This document shows positions 17,979 to 27,227 of a stretch of DNA of 64,000 nucleotides, in pieces. The position numbers were made by a program, and so were the translations under genes. Below the pieces are notes generated by a model. The model saw only the letters and a list, made by a program, of their open reading frames with translations. It was not told where the DNA came from and searched no databases. How positions within the stretch are numbered: the stretch's first letter is position 1; each line of letters starts with the position of its first letter. The DNA is from Nitrospirota bacterium (lineage in GTDB: Bacteria > Nitrospirota > Thermodesulfovibrionia > Thermodesulfovibrionales > Magnetobacteriaceae), in assembly GCA_039908505.1 (NCBI GenBank), contig JAMOAZ010000007.1, positions 22,317-86,316 of the forward strand, given 5' to 3'.

Positions 17979-18521
17979 GTGAAAATGAAGCCGAAAACAA
18001 AAAATATACTACTGCTTGCTGCTATGCTGATAGTCTTGTCTGGTTGTGGATACACGCTCGTCACTAAGGCAGAGAGACCGTATACGTCAATACGTATCGG
18101 CAAGATTATCAATAATACCTCTACGCCAAAGCTCCAGGACATACTCTATGATGCCCTTGCCTCCGAATTTTTAAAACGCGGTGTCACTATCTCTGACAGC
18201 TCAGACTTTTCTCTGGAAGGGAATATCTATTCCTACAGATTAACCGCCGTTGCTGAGAAGAAAAAATATGCCGCCCAATATGAAGTTGCCATTAAAGGCT
18301 CGTTTAAACTTAAGGACAAAAACGACAATGTAACAAAAGAGATAAAGGACATCTCATCGCCATTCATAGAGTCGTTTGAAAGCCAGGATGCAGTCAACTC
18401 AATAATTGCCTCAAAAGAGCAGCATGACGAGGCTGCAATGCGCTCATTAGCGGTCTATCTGGTCTATGAGCTGACCGTATCGCTACCAAAACCTGTCACA
18501 AGTGAACACTCCCCCAAATGA
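17979..18521 (+). CDS. lptE: LPS assembly lipoprotein LptE
   Basis: Lipobox VLSGCGY, LptE-like alpha/beta pattern, directly upstream of holA. Confidence 0.8.
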   Translation: MKMKPKTKNILLLAAMLIVLSGCGYTLVTKAERPYTSIRIGKIINNTSTPKLQDILYDALASEFLKRGVTISDSSDFSLEGNIYSYRLTAVAEKKKYAAQYEVAIKGSFKLKDKNDNVTKEIKDISSPFIESFESQDAVNSIIASKEQHDEAAMRSLAVYLVYELTVSLPKPVTSEHSPK

Positions 18522-19405
18522 GCCTTTTGCAGCTTGATGATGAGAAAGGATTTCCATCCCCCGTATATCTGCTGAACTATAAGGATTACTTCTATCAGGT
18601 GGAATCCCTCAGAATGCTCAGAAGCAGTGTGCGAGACATCACATTTAATTTTGACGTTTATGACTTAGAGCCGGGCGACGAACATGCCACGATGGCAGAA
18701 ATAACAGACACACTTATGATGGCCTCTCTGTTTGCTGCCCGCAGGTTCATATGTGTAAAGAATTTTCAGAAGGCGCTGAAGGGCGACATAACCCGTCTGA
18801 CCAGATATGTGGAAAATCCATCACCAACATCAGTCCTGTTTCTGTTTAATCAACTGCCAGATAAATCTAATAAACCTAAGGGTGACAAGCCCCCCCTGCC
18901 GTTTGCTGTTAAGACTATTACGCTGGACTTCAATGAGCGTGAACTTCTCGACTGGGGGCAAAAGAAAGTCCAGTCATATGGATGCACTATAACCAGAGAG
19001 GCCCTCAGATTTCTCAAAGAGATATGCGGGGATTCAGCCTCTAAATTTTCAAATGAACTCGATAAGCTCCCCCTCCTGGGTAAGAAAAAAATAGACGAGA
19101 CGGACGCTGCTGAGGCTGTGTTTGGAACAAAGACTTACACGATATTTAACGTGACCGATGCAATCGTCAAGGGCAACAGGTCTAAGGCTGTTGCAATGTA
19201 TGCAGAGATTCGCGATGGACTTGATGAGTTAATGACACTTGGGGCGCTCAACTGGAAATTGGAAAAAGAAATTCATGCAGATACCCCAGCCTTTATGAAG
19301 TGCTGCGAACAGTTAAACGATGTAAACAAACGGCTAAGAGGCGCAAACCAGCGCTATCCCCTTGAGCTTCTCATATACAACCTAAGCAGTCCTCCGGCTA
19401 ACTAA
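18518..19405 (+). CDS. holA: DNA polymerase III subunit delta
   Basis: PVYLL, FNFDVYD, ASLFAARRFICVK, NELDKL, TIFNVTDAI; 4-bp overlap with lptE. Confidence 0.85.
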   Translation: MSLLQLDDEKGFPSPVYLLNYKDYFYQVESLRMLRSSVRDITFNFDVYDLEPGDEHATMAEITDTLMMASLFAARRFICVKNFQKALKGDITRLTRYVENPSPTSVLFLFNQLPDKSNKPKGDKPPLPFAVKTITLDFNERELLDWGQKKVQSYGCTITREALRFLKEICGDSASKFSNELDKLPLLGKKKIDETDAAEAVFGTKTYTIFNVTDAIVKGNRSKAVAMYAEIRDGLDELMTLGALNWKLEKEIHADTPAFMKCCEQLNDVNKRLRGANQRYPLELLIYNLSSPPAN

Positions 19406-19422
19406 CAGGGGGCTGTCCTTAT

Positions 19423-21066
19423 ATGTACGAAACCGCAATGAAAATAATCGGCGATATGCCCTTAAATGAGCGAGAGCCGCTGCTTGAGCTGCTGTCGTCT
19501 GATTTATCGCCGTCTGAGTTTTCTGCTGCTGTATTAAACCTTGAACAACTCATAGATTTGTCAAAATACCGCCCTGAGATAGCTGAAGCGCTCATTGAAG
19601 CAACCGGCATATGCGATGCTGTGCCGGAGGTTTACGAAGATTTCAGACCCGTAGTCTATGATGGTGCATTTTTCATTCTCACTGGAATCTCGCAAGCGCG
19701 TCTCCTTCGCATAATAAACGCCCAGTTCATAGTCGGCATGGATGTTTCCCCGGGAGAGAGGCTGATAGCGCTTGTCAGGGACATCCCCATGCTCTATAAA
19801 CTCGGGCAGATAATGGCCAGAAATCCACACATCGACGAGCAGTTCAGACACTGGCTGACCTTGCTTGAGGGCGGTCTGATTCACATAGATATTTCCACTA
19901 TAAGGGCGATTATAGAGCAGGAGATAGGCTCAGACCTGCACTCCCGCACACTGGTTCTCTCAGATAGTGTCATCTCCGAGGCCAGTGTTGCCTCTGTGGT
20001 TTCATTTACATTGCAGGAGGCGGAGGCGCTCAGCACAGGGGTGTTTAAGGTTATCAAGCCTGATGTGCCCGGGTTTCTTGATGAGGACATGAAGCTGCTT
20101 GACGCACTGGCTGAGTTCTATACCAAAAACAGGGAAAGTTACGCACTTGGAGATTTTAAGTTCACAGACACGTTTAAGGACGTAAAATATGCCCTGTCAA
20201 AGGAAGCAGATTTGCGCAACGAACAGCGAAATATGAAACTGGCCGGAGAGTTCTACAGGCATAACCGGAGGATAATAATCCCGCAGCCGCAGCCCTTTTC
20301 GACAAAAAAGGTGACGGCTATGCAGTTTATTGACGGGAAAAAGATTACAGAGGCGGACACAGACCAAAAGCAATGCGCCGTAGAGTTGTTTAATGCTGTA
20401 GTCACTGACTGTCTTTTCGCTGATGCAGTGGATTCACTATTCCACGGCGACCCTCATGCAGGAAATATCCTTATCGTAAAAGACGCACGAATGGGGTTTC
20501 GTATTGCCCTTGTTGACTGGAGTCAGACGGGTACTCTAACAAAGATGGCACGTGCCTCGGTGTTGAAACTTGCCTCTGGAATAATTACAAATAACCACAG
20601 CATAATACTTGACGCCGTTAATACCCTGTCTGAAGGCGGCGTCGGCGGTGGGGCAGCACTCTCAGCAGTGATAGATGAACTCAGCAAGCCCGCCTCAGGC
20701 ACTACAGGCGGCGTAATGGCCGGAGTAATGACCGACATAATGACTGGGATAATGGATAGAGCGCTAAATCTCCTTGACCGCCTCGTGCTGCGCGGCGTAA
20801 AGTTTCCCGCTGATTTGTTGTTGTTTCGAAAGGCGGTTTTCACCCTCAACGGTGTCCTCTTATCGCTTGACCCGGAATTTGACCAGGACAGTTGTCTAAT
20901 TAATTATATGTTCAGACTTTTGGCAGAGGAGATGCCGCAAAGGTGGTTTAATGTGTTTTTCCCATATGCGGATAGCCCGTTTAACTACCGGAGCCTGATG
21001 TCAAATGCAGAATTATTTACGCTTGGCGTCATGCTTGTGACCACACGTTTGAGGCCGGTCTTTTAA
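19423..21066 (+). CDS. AarF/ABC1/UbiB-family atypical kinase
   Basis: KLGQIMA, SEASVASV, VFKVIKP, EADLRNE, FHGDPHAGNI. Confidence 0.85.
   Translation: MYETAMKIIGDMPLNEREPLLELLSSDLSPSEFSAAVLNLEQLIDLSKYRPEIAEALIEATGICDAVPEVYEDFRPVVYDGAFFILTGISQARLLRIINAQFIVGMDVSPGERLIALVRDIPMLYKLGQIMARNPHIDEQFRHWLTLLEGGLIHIDISTIRAIIEQEIGSDLHSRTLVLSDSVISEASVASVVSFTLQEAEALSTGVFKVIKPDVPGFLDEDMKLLDALAEFYTKNRESYALGDFKFTDTFKDVKYALSKEADLRNEQRNMKLAGEFYRHNRRIIIPQPQPFSTKKVTAMQFIDGKKITEADTDQKQCAVELFNAVVTDCLFADAVDSLFHGDPHAGNILIVKDARMGFRIALVDWSQTGTLTKMARASVLKLASGIITNNHSIILDAVNTLSEGGVGGGAALSAVIDELSKPASGTTGGVMAGVMTDIMTGIMDRALNLLDRLVLRGVKFPADLLLFRKAVFTLNGVLLSLDPEFDQDSCLINYMFRLLAEEMPQRWFNVFFPYADSPFNYRSLMSNAELFTLGVMLVTTRLRPVF
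20713..20760 (+). repeat. Four degenerate 12-bp tandem units inside the AarF gene
   Basis: GTAATGGCCGGA GTAATGACCGAC ATAATGACTGGG ATAATGGATAGA (VMAG VMTD IMTG IMDR). Confidence 0.7.
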
Positions 21067-21120
21067 ATTTTGATGAAATACGTGTGGCGAACTATTTTTT
21101 ACCATGACGTAATATTTTTC

Positions 21121-21150
21121 TTGACATTCAAACAATGCTTTAGATAAGAT
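21121..21150 (+). promoter_or_regulatory. sigma70-like promoter upstream of adk-sat
   Basis: TTGACA (21121-21126), 18 nt, TAAGAT (21145-21150); implies a leader of about 190 nt. Confidence 0.55.
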
Positions 21151-21349
21151 ATTGCGTCAATCGTGTGCGTGCAAGAGACAGCGGCATTTTATGGGTGAGA
21201 GTACTTTAAAAAGACGGCTGCATCGGCGATTGAAGCAAGGTGGCACGGGTGGCACAGTGGTTGAGGAGTATGTAAAGAGCACTTGTTAAAGCGGTAAGAA
21301 AGTCTTTGTAATTATAACGCTTAGAATTAATATATATTTGGAGGTACGT

Positions 21350-21997
21350 ATGAAGATTGTGTTACTTGGGGCGCCTGGGGCAGGCAAAGGTACGCAGGCA
21401 AAGAAGCTGATAGACAAGTATGGAATACCACAGATTTCAACCGGTGACATCTTGAGGCAGGCGGTTGCTGACCAGACGCAGCTTGGGAAAGAGGCAAAAT
21501 CATATATGGACAGTGGTGGGCTGGTACCTGATAGTGTGGTTATCGGGTTGGTAAAGGAGAGGCTTTCGCAGGCTGACTGCAAGAAAGGATTTATTCTGGA
21601 CGGTTTTCCGAGGAACACAGCGCAGGCCGAGACGCTTGACGGGGTGTTGGCATCGGTTGGAATGCAGCTTGAAGTAGCTCTCAGCGTTGATGTAGATTTC
21701 GACGTTCTGTTAAAGAGGCTCACCGGAAGGCGCACATGCAAGAGCAAGGACTGCGGGCAGATGTATAATGTATATTTTTCAGCGTCGAAAAAAGACGGCG
21801 TCTGTGACAAGTGCGGCACAGAACTCTATCAAAGGGACGACGACAAAGAGGAGACAATAAAAAAGAGGCTTGACGTGTACAAGGCGCAGACAGAGCCGCT
21901 TATCGATTACTACACAAAAAAGGGAATTTTAAAGAGGGTAGAGGGCGTCGGCGACATTAACGAGATATTCAATAAGATTTGTTCAATCTTAAAATAA
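21350..21997 (+). CDS. adk: Adenylate kinase
   Basis: GAPGAGKGTQA, ISTGDILR, GFILDGFPR, Zn-lid Cys; start set at ATG 21350 after GGAGG. Confidence 0.97.
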   Translation: MKIVLLGAPGAGKGTQAKKLIDKYGIPQISTGDILRQAVADQTQLGKEAKSYMDSGGLVPDSVVIGLVKERLSQADCKKGFILDGFPRNTAQAETLDGVLASVGMQLEVALSVDVDFDVLLKRLTGRRTCKSKDCGQMYNVYFSASKKDGVCDKCGTELYQRDDDKEETIKKRLDVYKAQTEPLIDYYTKKGILKRVEGVGDINEIFNKICSILK

Positions 21998-22055
21998 ATA
22001 TGTATTAGTATGTGTTACGCAAGGTAAACACAAAAAACTAAGGAGGAGTTAAGAA

Positions 22056-23282
22056 ATGGCATTAGTCAAACCACACGGCAAAAATAAGACATTGATGCCC
22101 TTGAAGCTGGAGGGTGCAGCATTAGAAGCGGAAAAGGCGAAGGCAAAGGGCCTGACACAAGTGCGCATGTCATCAAGAGAGACGGGCGACCTGATAATGT
22201 TAGGCATAGGCGGTTTTACTCCGCTTGAAGGTTTTATGGGGCATGACGACTGGAAAGGCGTGTGCGATAGCTATAAGTTGGCAGACGGCGTATTCTGGCC
22301 GATACCAATAACCCTGTCAACGAGCAAAGGTCAGGCAGACAGCTTAAAGGCCAATGAGGAAGTAGCCCTGGTCGATGAGTCAACCGGCGAGATAATGGGC
22401 ACGATGGTAATAAAAGAGAAATACACGATAGACAAGGTCCACGAGTGTAAGCAGGTATATAAGACAGACGACAAGGCGCACCCCGGTGTAGCAATGGTCA
22501 TGGCACAGGGCGATGTAAACCTTGCAGGCCCGGTAAAGGTATTAAGCGAAGGCTCGTTCCCGACGGAATTTGCTGGTGTATATCTGACACCAAAAGAGAC
22601 CAGAAAGATATTTGAGGACAAGGGCTGGTCAAGAGTCGCGGCGTTTCAGACAAGGAACCCGATGCACCGCTCGCACGAATACCTTGCAAAGCTCTCACTG
22701 GAGATTTGCGACGGCCTGATGATTCATTCACTGCTTGGTAAGCTGAAACCCGGCGACATCCCTGCCGATGTAAGAGGCAACTGTATCGATACACTAATAA
22801 AGTACTATTTTGTTAAGGACACATGCGTACAGGCAGGCTACCCGCTGGATATGAGATATGCAGGACCCAGAGAGGCGCTCTTACATGCGCTCTTCAGGCA
22901 GAACTATGGTTGCAGCGACCTGATAGTAGGAAGAGACCACGCAGGCGTTGGCGACTACTACGGCCCGTTTGATGCACATCACATATTTGATGAGATACCG
23001 GCAGACGCCCTTGAGACAAAGGCATTAAAGATAGACATGACGTTTTACTGTATGAAGTGCGACGGTATGGCGTCAAACAGGACATGCCCTCACGACAAGG
23101 CAGACAGGTTGAACCTCAGCGGCACTGCCCTGAGAAAAATGCTTTCGGAAAATACAGATGTACCCGATCACTTCAGCCGTCCAGAGGTATTGGCGATACT
23201 CCAGAAGTACTATGCCGGCCTTACAGAAAAGGTTGAGATAACGCTGCACAAGCACTCAACTGGAGAGAGCGCGAAGAAATAG
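22056..23282 (+). CDS. sat: Dissimilatory sulfate adenylyltransferase
   Basis: [55 protein letters not shown]. Confidence 0.97.
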   Translation: MALVKPHGKNKTLMPLKLEGAALEAEKAKAKGLTQVRMSSRETGDLIMLGIGGFTPLEGFMGHDDWKGVCDSYKLADGVFWPIPITLSTSKGQADSLKANEEVALVDESTGEIMGTMVIKEKYTIDKVHECKQVYKTDDKAHPGVAMVMAQGDVNLAGPVKVLSEGSFPTEFAGVYLTPKETRKIFEDKGWSRVAAFQTRNPMHRSHEYLAKLSLEICDGLMIHSLLGKLKPGDIPADVRGNCIDTLIKYYFVKDTCVQAGYPLDMRYAGPREALLHALFRQNYGCSDLIVGRDHAGVGDYYGPFDAHHIFDEIPADALETKALKIDMTFYCMKCDGMASNRTCPHDKADRLNLSGTALRKMLSENTDVPDHFSRPEVLAILQKYYAGLTEKVEITLHKHSTGESAKK

Positions 23283-23288
23283 CTTAAG

Positions 23289-23314
23289 AAGGGGGGTAAC
23301 CGTACCCCCTTTTT
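23289..23314 (+). terminator. Intrinsic terminator after sat
   Basis: GGGGGTA-ACCG-TACCCCC hairpin followed by TTTTT. Confidence 0.8.
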
Positions 23315-23434
23315 CATTTATTATAACGATAAGGAAAAAGGAGGTGAAGGTCGCAGCTTACACCCTAGTAGATGGCGACATAAATTAAATCTTGGCTTTT
23401 TAAGCCAAAATATTTTGCAAGGAGGTATATTTAT

Positions 23435-23860
23435 ATGCCGAGTTTTGTAATGACAGAAAAGTGTGACGGCTGTAAAGGGCAGGAAAGAACAGCCTGTATG
23501 TACATCTGCCCAAACAATCTTATGAAGCTTGACCGCGACAGGATGAAGGCGTTCAACCAGGAAACTGAGCAGTGCTGGGAATGCTACAACTGTGTAAAGA
23601 TTTGCCCGCAGCAGGCGATCGAGGTCAGAGGATATGCGGACTTTATTCCACTTGGCGGCAACGTAATACCAATGAGGGGTTCGGATTCCATAATGTGGAC
23701 TGTTAAGTTCAGAAGCGGTGCATTAAAAAGGTTTAAGTTCCCGATCAGGACAACGGCAGAGGGTTCGATAGATCCGTACAAAGGTAAGCCGGAAGCGGAC
23801 TTTGCGAATTTAAAGAAGCCCGGATTTTTTAACATGACAACGGTAAAAACCTTAAAATAA
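23435..23860 (+). CDS. aprB: Adenylylsulfate reductase beta subunit
   Basis: MPSFV..KCDGCKG..TACMYICP, CWECYNCVKICPQQAIEVRGYADF, IMWTVKFR. Confidence 0.97.
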   Translation: MPSFVMTEKCDGCKGQERTACMYICPNNLMKLDRDRMKAFNQETEQCWECYNCVKICPQQAIEVRGYADFIPLGGNVIPMRGSDSIMWTVKFRSGALKRFKFPIRTTAEGSIDPYKGKPEADFANLKKPGFFNMTTVKTLK

Positions 23861-23878
23861 AACTTAGGAGGCTATACG

Positions 23879-25852
23879 ATGGAATTAGAAACATGTACAT
23901 TTGCGTACTGTCAAAGACCTGAGATGATAGAGGTCGAGACCGACATTCTGTTAATCGGCGGCGGTATGGCTAACTGCGGCGCGGCATACGAGGCGGTGCG
24001 TTGGGCAACACCAAAGGGATTAAAGGTAACGATGGTAGATAAGGCAGCAGCCGACAGAAGCGGCGCGGTAGCGATGGGCCTTTCTGCAATCAACACATAT
24101 TTGGGCGAGAACGACCCTGTCGACTATGTAAAATACGTTAGAGGCGACCTGATGGGCATCATCAGAGAGGACCTCGTATATGACTGCGGCAGACACGTTG
24201 ACGATTCAGTGCACCTCTTTGAAGAATGGGGCCTCCCTGTATGGAAGAGGGCAGAAGACGGTCACACATTAGACGGCGCACAGCCCGCAAAGAAGCTTAC
24301 CGAAGGCGGCAAGCCTGTAAGAAGCGGTAAGTGGCAGATAATGATAAACGGCGAGTCCTACAAGGTAATCGTAGCCGAAGCAGCGAAGAAGGCGCTTGAG
24401 ATAAACAGGGCAGCAACCGGCCAGGAAATCAATCTCTATGAGAGAGTGTTTATTGTAAAGCTCCTCCTCGACGCTAACGAGCCGAACAGAGTAGCGGCAG
24501 CGGTAGGATTCAGCGTAAGAGAGAACAAGGCATACATGTTTAAGGCAAAGTGTATGTTATTGGCATGCGGCGGTGCAGTTAACGTATTCAGGCCGCGTTC
24601 CGTTGCTGAAGGACAGGGCAGGGCATGGTACCCGGTATGGAACGCTGGAACGACATACGCATTAGCGGCTCAGGTAGGCGCAGAGCTGGTGCTTATGGAA
24701 AACAGGTTCGTACCTGCAAGATTTAAAGATGGTTACGGCCCGGTTGGTGCGTGGTTCTTGTTCTTCAAGGCAAAGGCAACCAACTCCCTCGGCGAAGACT
24801 ATTGCGTAACTCACTTTGAAAGCACAAAGGCATTATATGGCAAATATTGCAGCGACCCGCACAAGCTCGGCACTGCTATCAGAAATCACATGATGATGAA
24901 CGACATGAAGGCCGGTAAAGGCCCGATTCTCATGAACACCCATCTGGCAATGGCAGAGCTCGGAAAGACCATGGACGCCAAGCAGATAAAGCACCTTGAG
25001 GCAGAGGCATGGGAAGACTTCCTCGATATGTGTATTGGACAGGCCGGAGTGTGGGCAGGAAACAACATCGAGCCGGATAAGGCCCCGTCTGAAATCATGC
25101 CGACAGAGCCGTATCTCCTCGGTTCACATGCAGGCTGCGCCGGTATATGGGTAAGCGGTCCTGACGATTTAGGCGCCCCGAAAGAATGGTGCTGGGGATA
25201 TAACAGAATGACCACCGTAAAGGGTCTCTTCACAGCCGGCGACGGCGTCGGAGCATCCGGACACAAGTTCTCCTCAGGCTCACACGCTGAAGGAAGACAA
25301 GCCGCTAAGTCAATGGTAGCATTCTGTCTCGATAACGCCTCATACAAGCCAGCAGTAGCTAAGTCAACCGAAGAGCTCATCGGAGAGCTTTATCTCCCGT
25401 TTGAGATATTCGAAAAATACAAGAACTACAGCACAGACACAAACACAAACCCATACTACATCAGACCAAAAATGCTTCAGGCAAGACTGCAGAAGATAAT
25501 GGACGAGTATGTAGCTGGCGTATCGACATACTACATGACCAGTAAGACTCTGCTTGACGCAGGCTTAAAGCATCTGATGCTCCTCAAAGAAGACTCGATT
25601 AGAATGGGTGCAGCAGACCTCCACGAGCTGATGAGATGCTGGGAAAACTATCACAGAATCTGGACAGGTGAGGCCCATGCAAGGCACATACTCTTTAGGG
25701 AAGACTCCAGATACCCGGGCTACTACTACAGGGGAGACTTCAACCTCATAGACGACCAGAACTGGAAATGCTTTACAATATCGAAGTTCAACCTCCAGAC
25801 CGGTCAATGGGAGATGTCCAAGAGAGATTACGTACAGTTGATTCCTGACTAA
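23879..25852 (+). CDS. aprA: Adenylylsulfate reductase alpha subunit
   Basis: DRSGAVAMGLSAINTY, GKWQIMINGESYK, GRAWYPVWNAG, RFKDGYGPVGAWF, GHKFSSGSHAEGR. Confidence 0.98.
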   Translation: MELETCTFAYCQRPEMIEVETDILLIGGGMANCGAAYEAVRWATPKGLKVTMVDKAAADRSGAVAMGLSAINTYLGENDPVDYVKYVRGDLMGIIREDLVYDCGRHVDDSVHLFEEWGLPVWKRAEDGHTLDGAQPAKKLTEGGKPVRSGKWQIMINGESYKVIVAEAAKKALEINRAATGQEINLYERVFIVKLLLDANEPNRVAAAVGFSVRENKAYMFKAKCMLLACGGAVNVFRPRSVAEGQGRAWYPVWNAGTTYALAAQVGAELVLMENRFVPARFKDGYGPVGAWFLFFKAKATNSLGEDYCVTHFESTKALYGKYCSDPHKLGTAIRNHMMMNDMKAGKGPILMNTHLAMAELGKTMDAKQIKHLEAEAWEDFLDMCIGQAGVWAGNNIEPDKAPSEIMPTEPYLLGSHAGCAGIWVSGPDDLGAPKEWCWGYNRMTTVKGLFTAGDGVGASGHKFSSGSHAEGRQAAKSMVAFCLDNASYKPAVAKSTEELIGELYLPFEIFEKYKNYSTDTNTNPYYIRPKMLQARLQKIMDEYVAGVSTYYMTSKTLLDAGLKHLMLLKEDSIRMGAADLHELMRCWENYHRIWTGEAHARHILFREDSRYPGYYYRGDFNLIDDQNWKCFTISKFNLQTGQWEMSKRDYVQLIPD

Positions 25853-25884
25853 GCGGTGAAATAGCAAGACGAAGTACACAGGAG

Positions 25885-25921
25885 GAAGGGGGGACGGCGT
25901 TCCCCCTTCTGACCTTTTTTT
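25885..25921 (+). terminator. Terminator/attenuator between aprA and qmoA
   Basis: GAAGGGGGGA-CGGCG-TTCCCCCTTC hairpin with a T7 run shortly after. Confidence 0.7.
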
Positions 25922-25955
25922 GGAGTCCGTAGCTTAAAAGAGAGTGGAGGATTTT

Positions 25956-27224
25956 ATGTCAGACGAGAAGGGTTCGGCCATCGTAGTAATAGGAGGTGGG
26001 ATAAGCGGGCTAACCACGGCGATAGAAGCGGCAGAAGCAGGCCAACGTTCGGTAATAGTGGAGAGAAATCCGTATTTGGGTGGAAGGGTAGCGCAGTTAA
26101 ACCGGTATTTCCCCAAGTTATGTCCGCCATACTGTGGATTAGAGGTAAATTTTAAGAGGATAAAGCAGAATCCCAAGATATCTGTTTATACGTCGGCAGA
26201 AATAGAAAGTGTTCAGGGAAGCGAAGGCAATTTTAAGGTTAAGATAAAAATCAATCCAAGATATGTAAATACCAAATGTACGGCATGTGGTGACTGTGTA
26301 AAGGTATGTCCTATAGAGAGAAGCAATAGTTTTAATTTTGGAATCGATAAGACAAAGGCGATATATCTGCCCCATGAGTTATCCTATCCAATGAGGTTTG
26401 TAATAGATGCCAGCCCTGGTGTATGTCCTGGAAAGTCATGTTCAAAATGCGTATCGGTTTGTAAGTATAATGCAATCGACCTTGATATGAAGGCAGAGAC
26501 AGTTGAGATAAATGCGTCAAGCGTTGTGTATGCAACAGGCTGGAGTCCGTATGATGCAGCGAAGATGGATAATCTTGGCTTTGGAAAGGTGAAAAACGTA
26601 GTAACCAATATGATGATGGAGCGCATGGCAGCGCCTAATGGCCCGACGAAAGGAAAAATTCTGAGGCCCTCGGACAACAAGCAGGTAAAAACGGTGGCGT
26701 TTGTGCAGTGTGCTGGCTCAAGAGACGAGAATCATCTGGCGCATTGTTCATCGGTGTGCTGCATGGCATCCCTAAAACAGGCTACGTATGTTAGGGAGAG
26801 CGACCCTGACACAAAGGCCTTTATATACTATATAGATTTGAGAGCGCCGGGGAGGTATGAAGACTTTTTGAAAAAGATTCAGGCCGACGCTAGCGTAATG
26901 ATGATAAAAGGTAAGGTAGCAAAGATAGAGGAAGACGCCGAGACTTTAGACCCCATCGTAACAGTGGAAGACATAACAGGTGGCAAAAAGATCACACAGA
27001 AAGTTGATATGGTTGTACTGGCAACGGGCATGGAGCCATCCTTGAAGACGGCAAATGTCAGCACAAACGTAAAACTGGACGAAAACGGCTTCGTCGATGC
27101 CGATGCACAAGCGGCAGGCATCTACGCTTCTGGGGTTGCCAAAAGGCCAAACGACGTTACAACGTCACTACAGGACGCCACTAGCGCGGCCTTGAAGGGC
27201 ATTCAATCCGCGGTGAGGAGGTAA
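25956..27224 (+). CDS. qmoA: QmoA (HdrA-like flavoprotein)
   Basis: IGGGISG FAD motif, YFPKLCPPYCGLE, FVQCAGSRDENHL..CS.VCC; start set at ATG 25956 after GGAGGA; follows aprA. Confidence 0.93.
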   Translation: MSDEKGSAIVVIGGGISGLTTAIEAAEAGQRSVIVERNPYLGGRVAQLNRYFPKLCPPYCGLEVNFKRIKQNPKISVYTSAEIESVQGSEGNFKVKIKINPRYVNTKCTACGDCVKVCPIERSNSFNFGIDKTKAIYLPHELSYPMRFVIDASPGVCPGKSCSKCVSVCKYNAIDLDMKAETVEINASSVVYATGWSPYDAAKMDNLGFGKVKNVVTNMMMERMAAPNGPTKGKILRPSDNKQVKTVAFVQCAGSRDENHLAHCSSVCCMASLKQATYVRESDPDTKAFIYYIDLRAPGRYEDFLKKIQADASVMMIKGKVAKIEEDAETLDPIVTVEDITGGKKITQKVDMVVLATGMEPSLKTANVSTNVKLDENGFVDADAQAAGIYASGVAKRPNDVTTSLQDATSAALKGIQSAVRR

Positions 27225-27227
27225 ACG

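Noticed and set aside
21191-21289. 32-codon uORF in the adk leader
   Set aside because: No SD, no informative composition and no attenuator structure identified
21066-22056. Rex operator upstream of adk/sat
   Set aside because: No match to TTGTGAA-N4-TTCACAA found by eye
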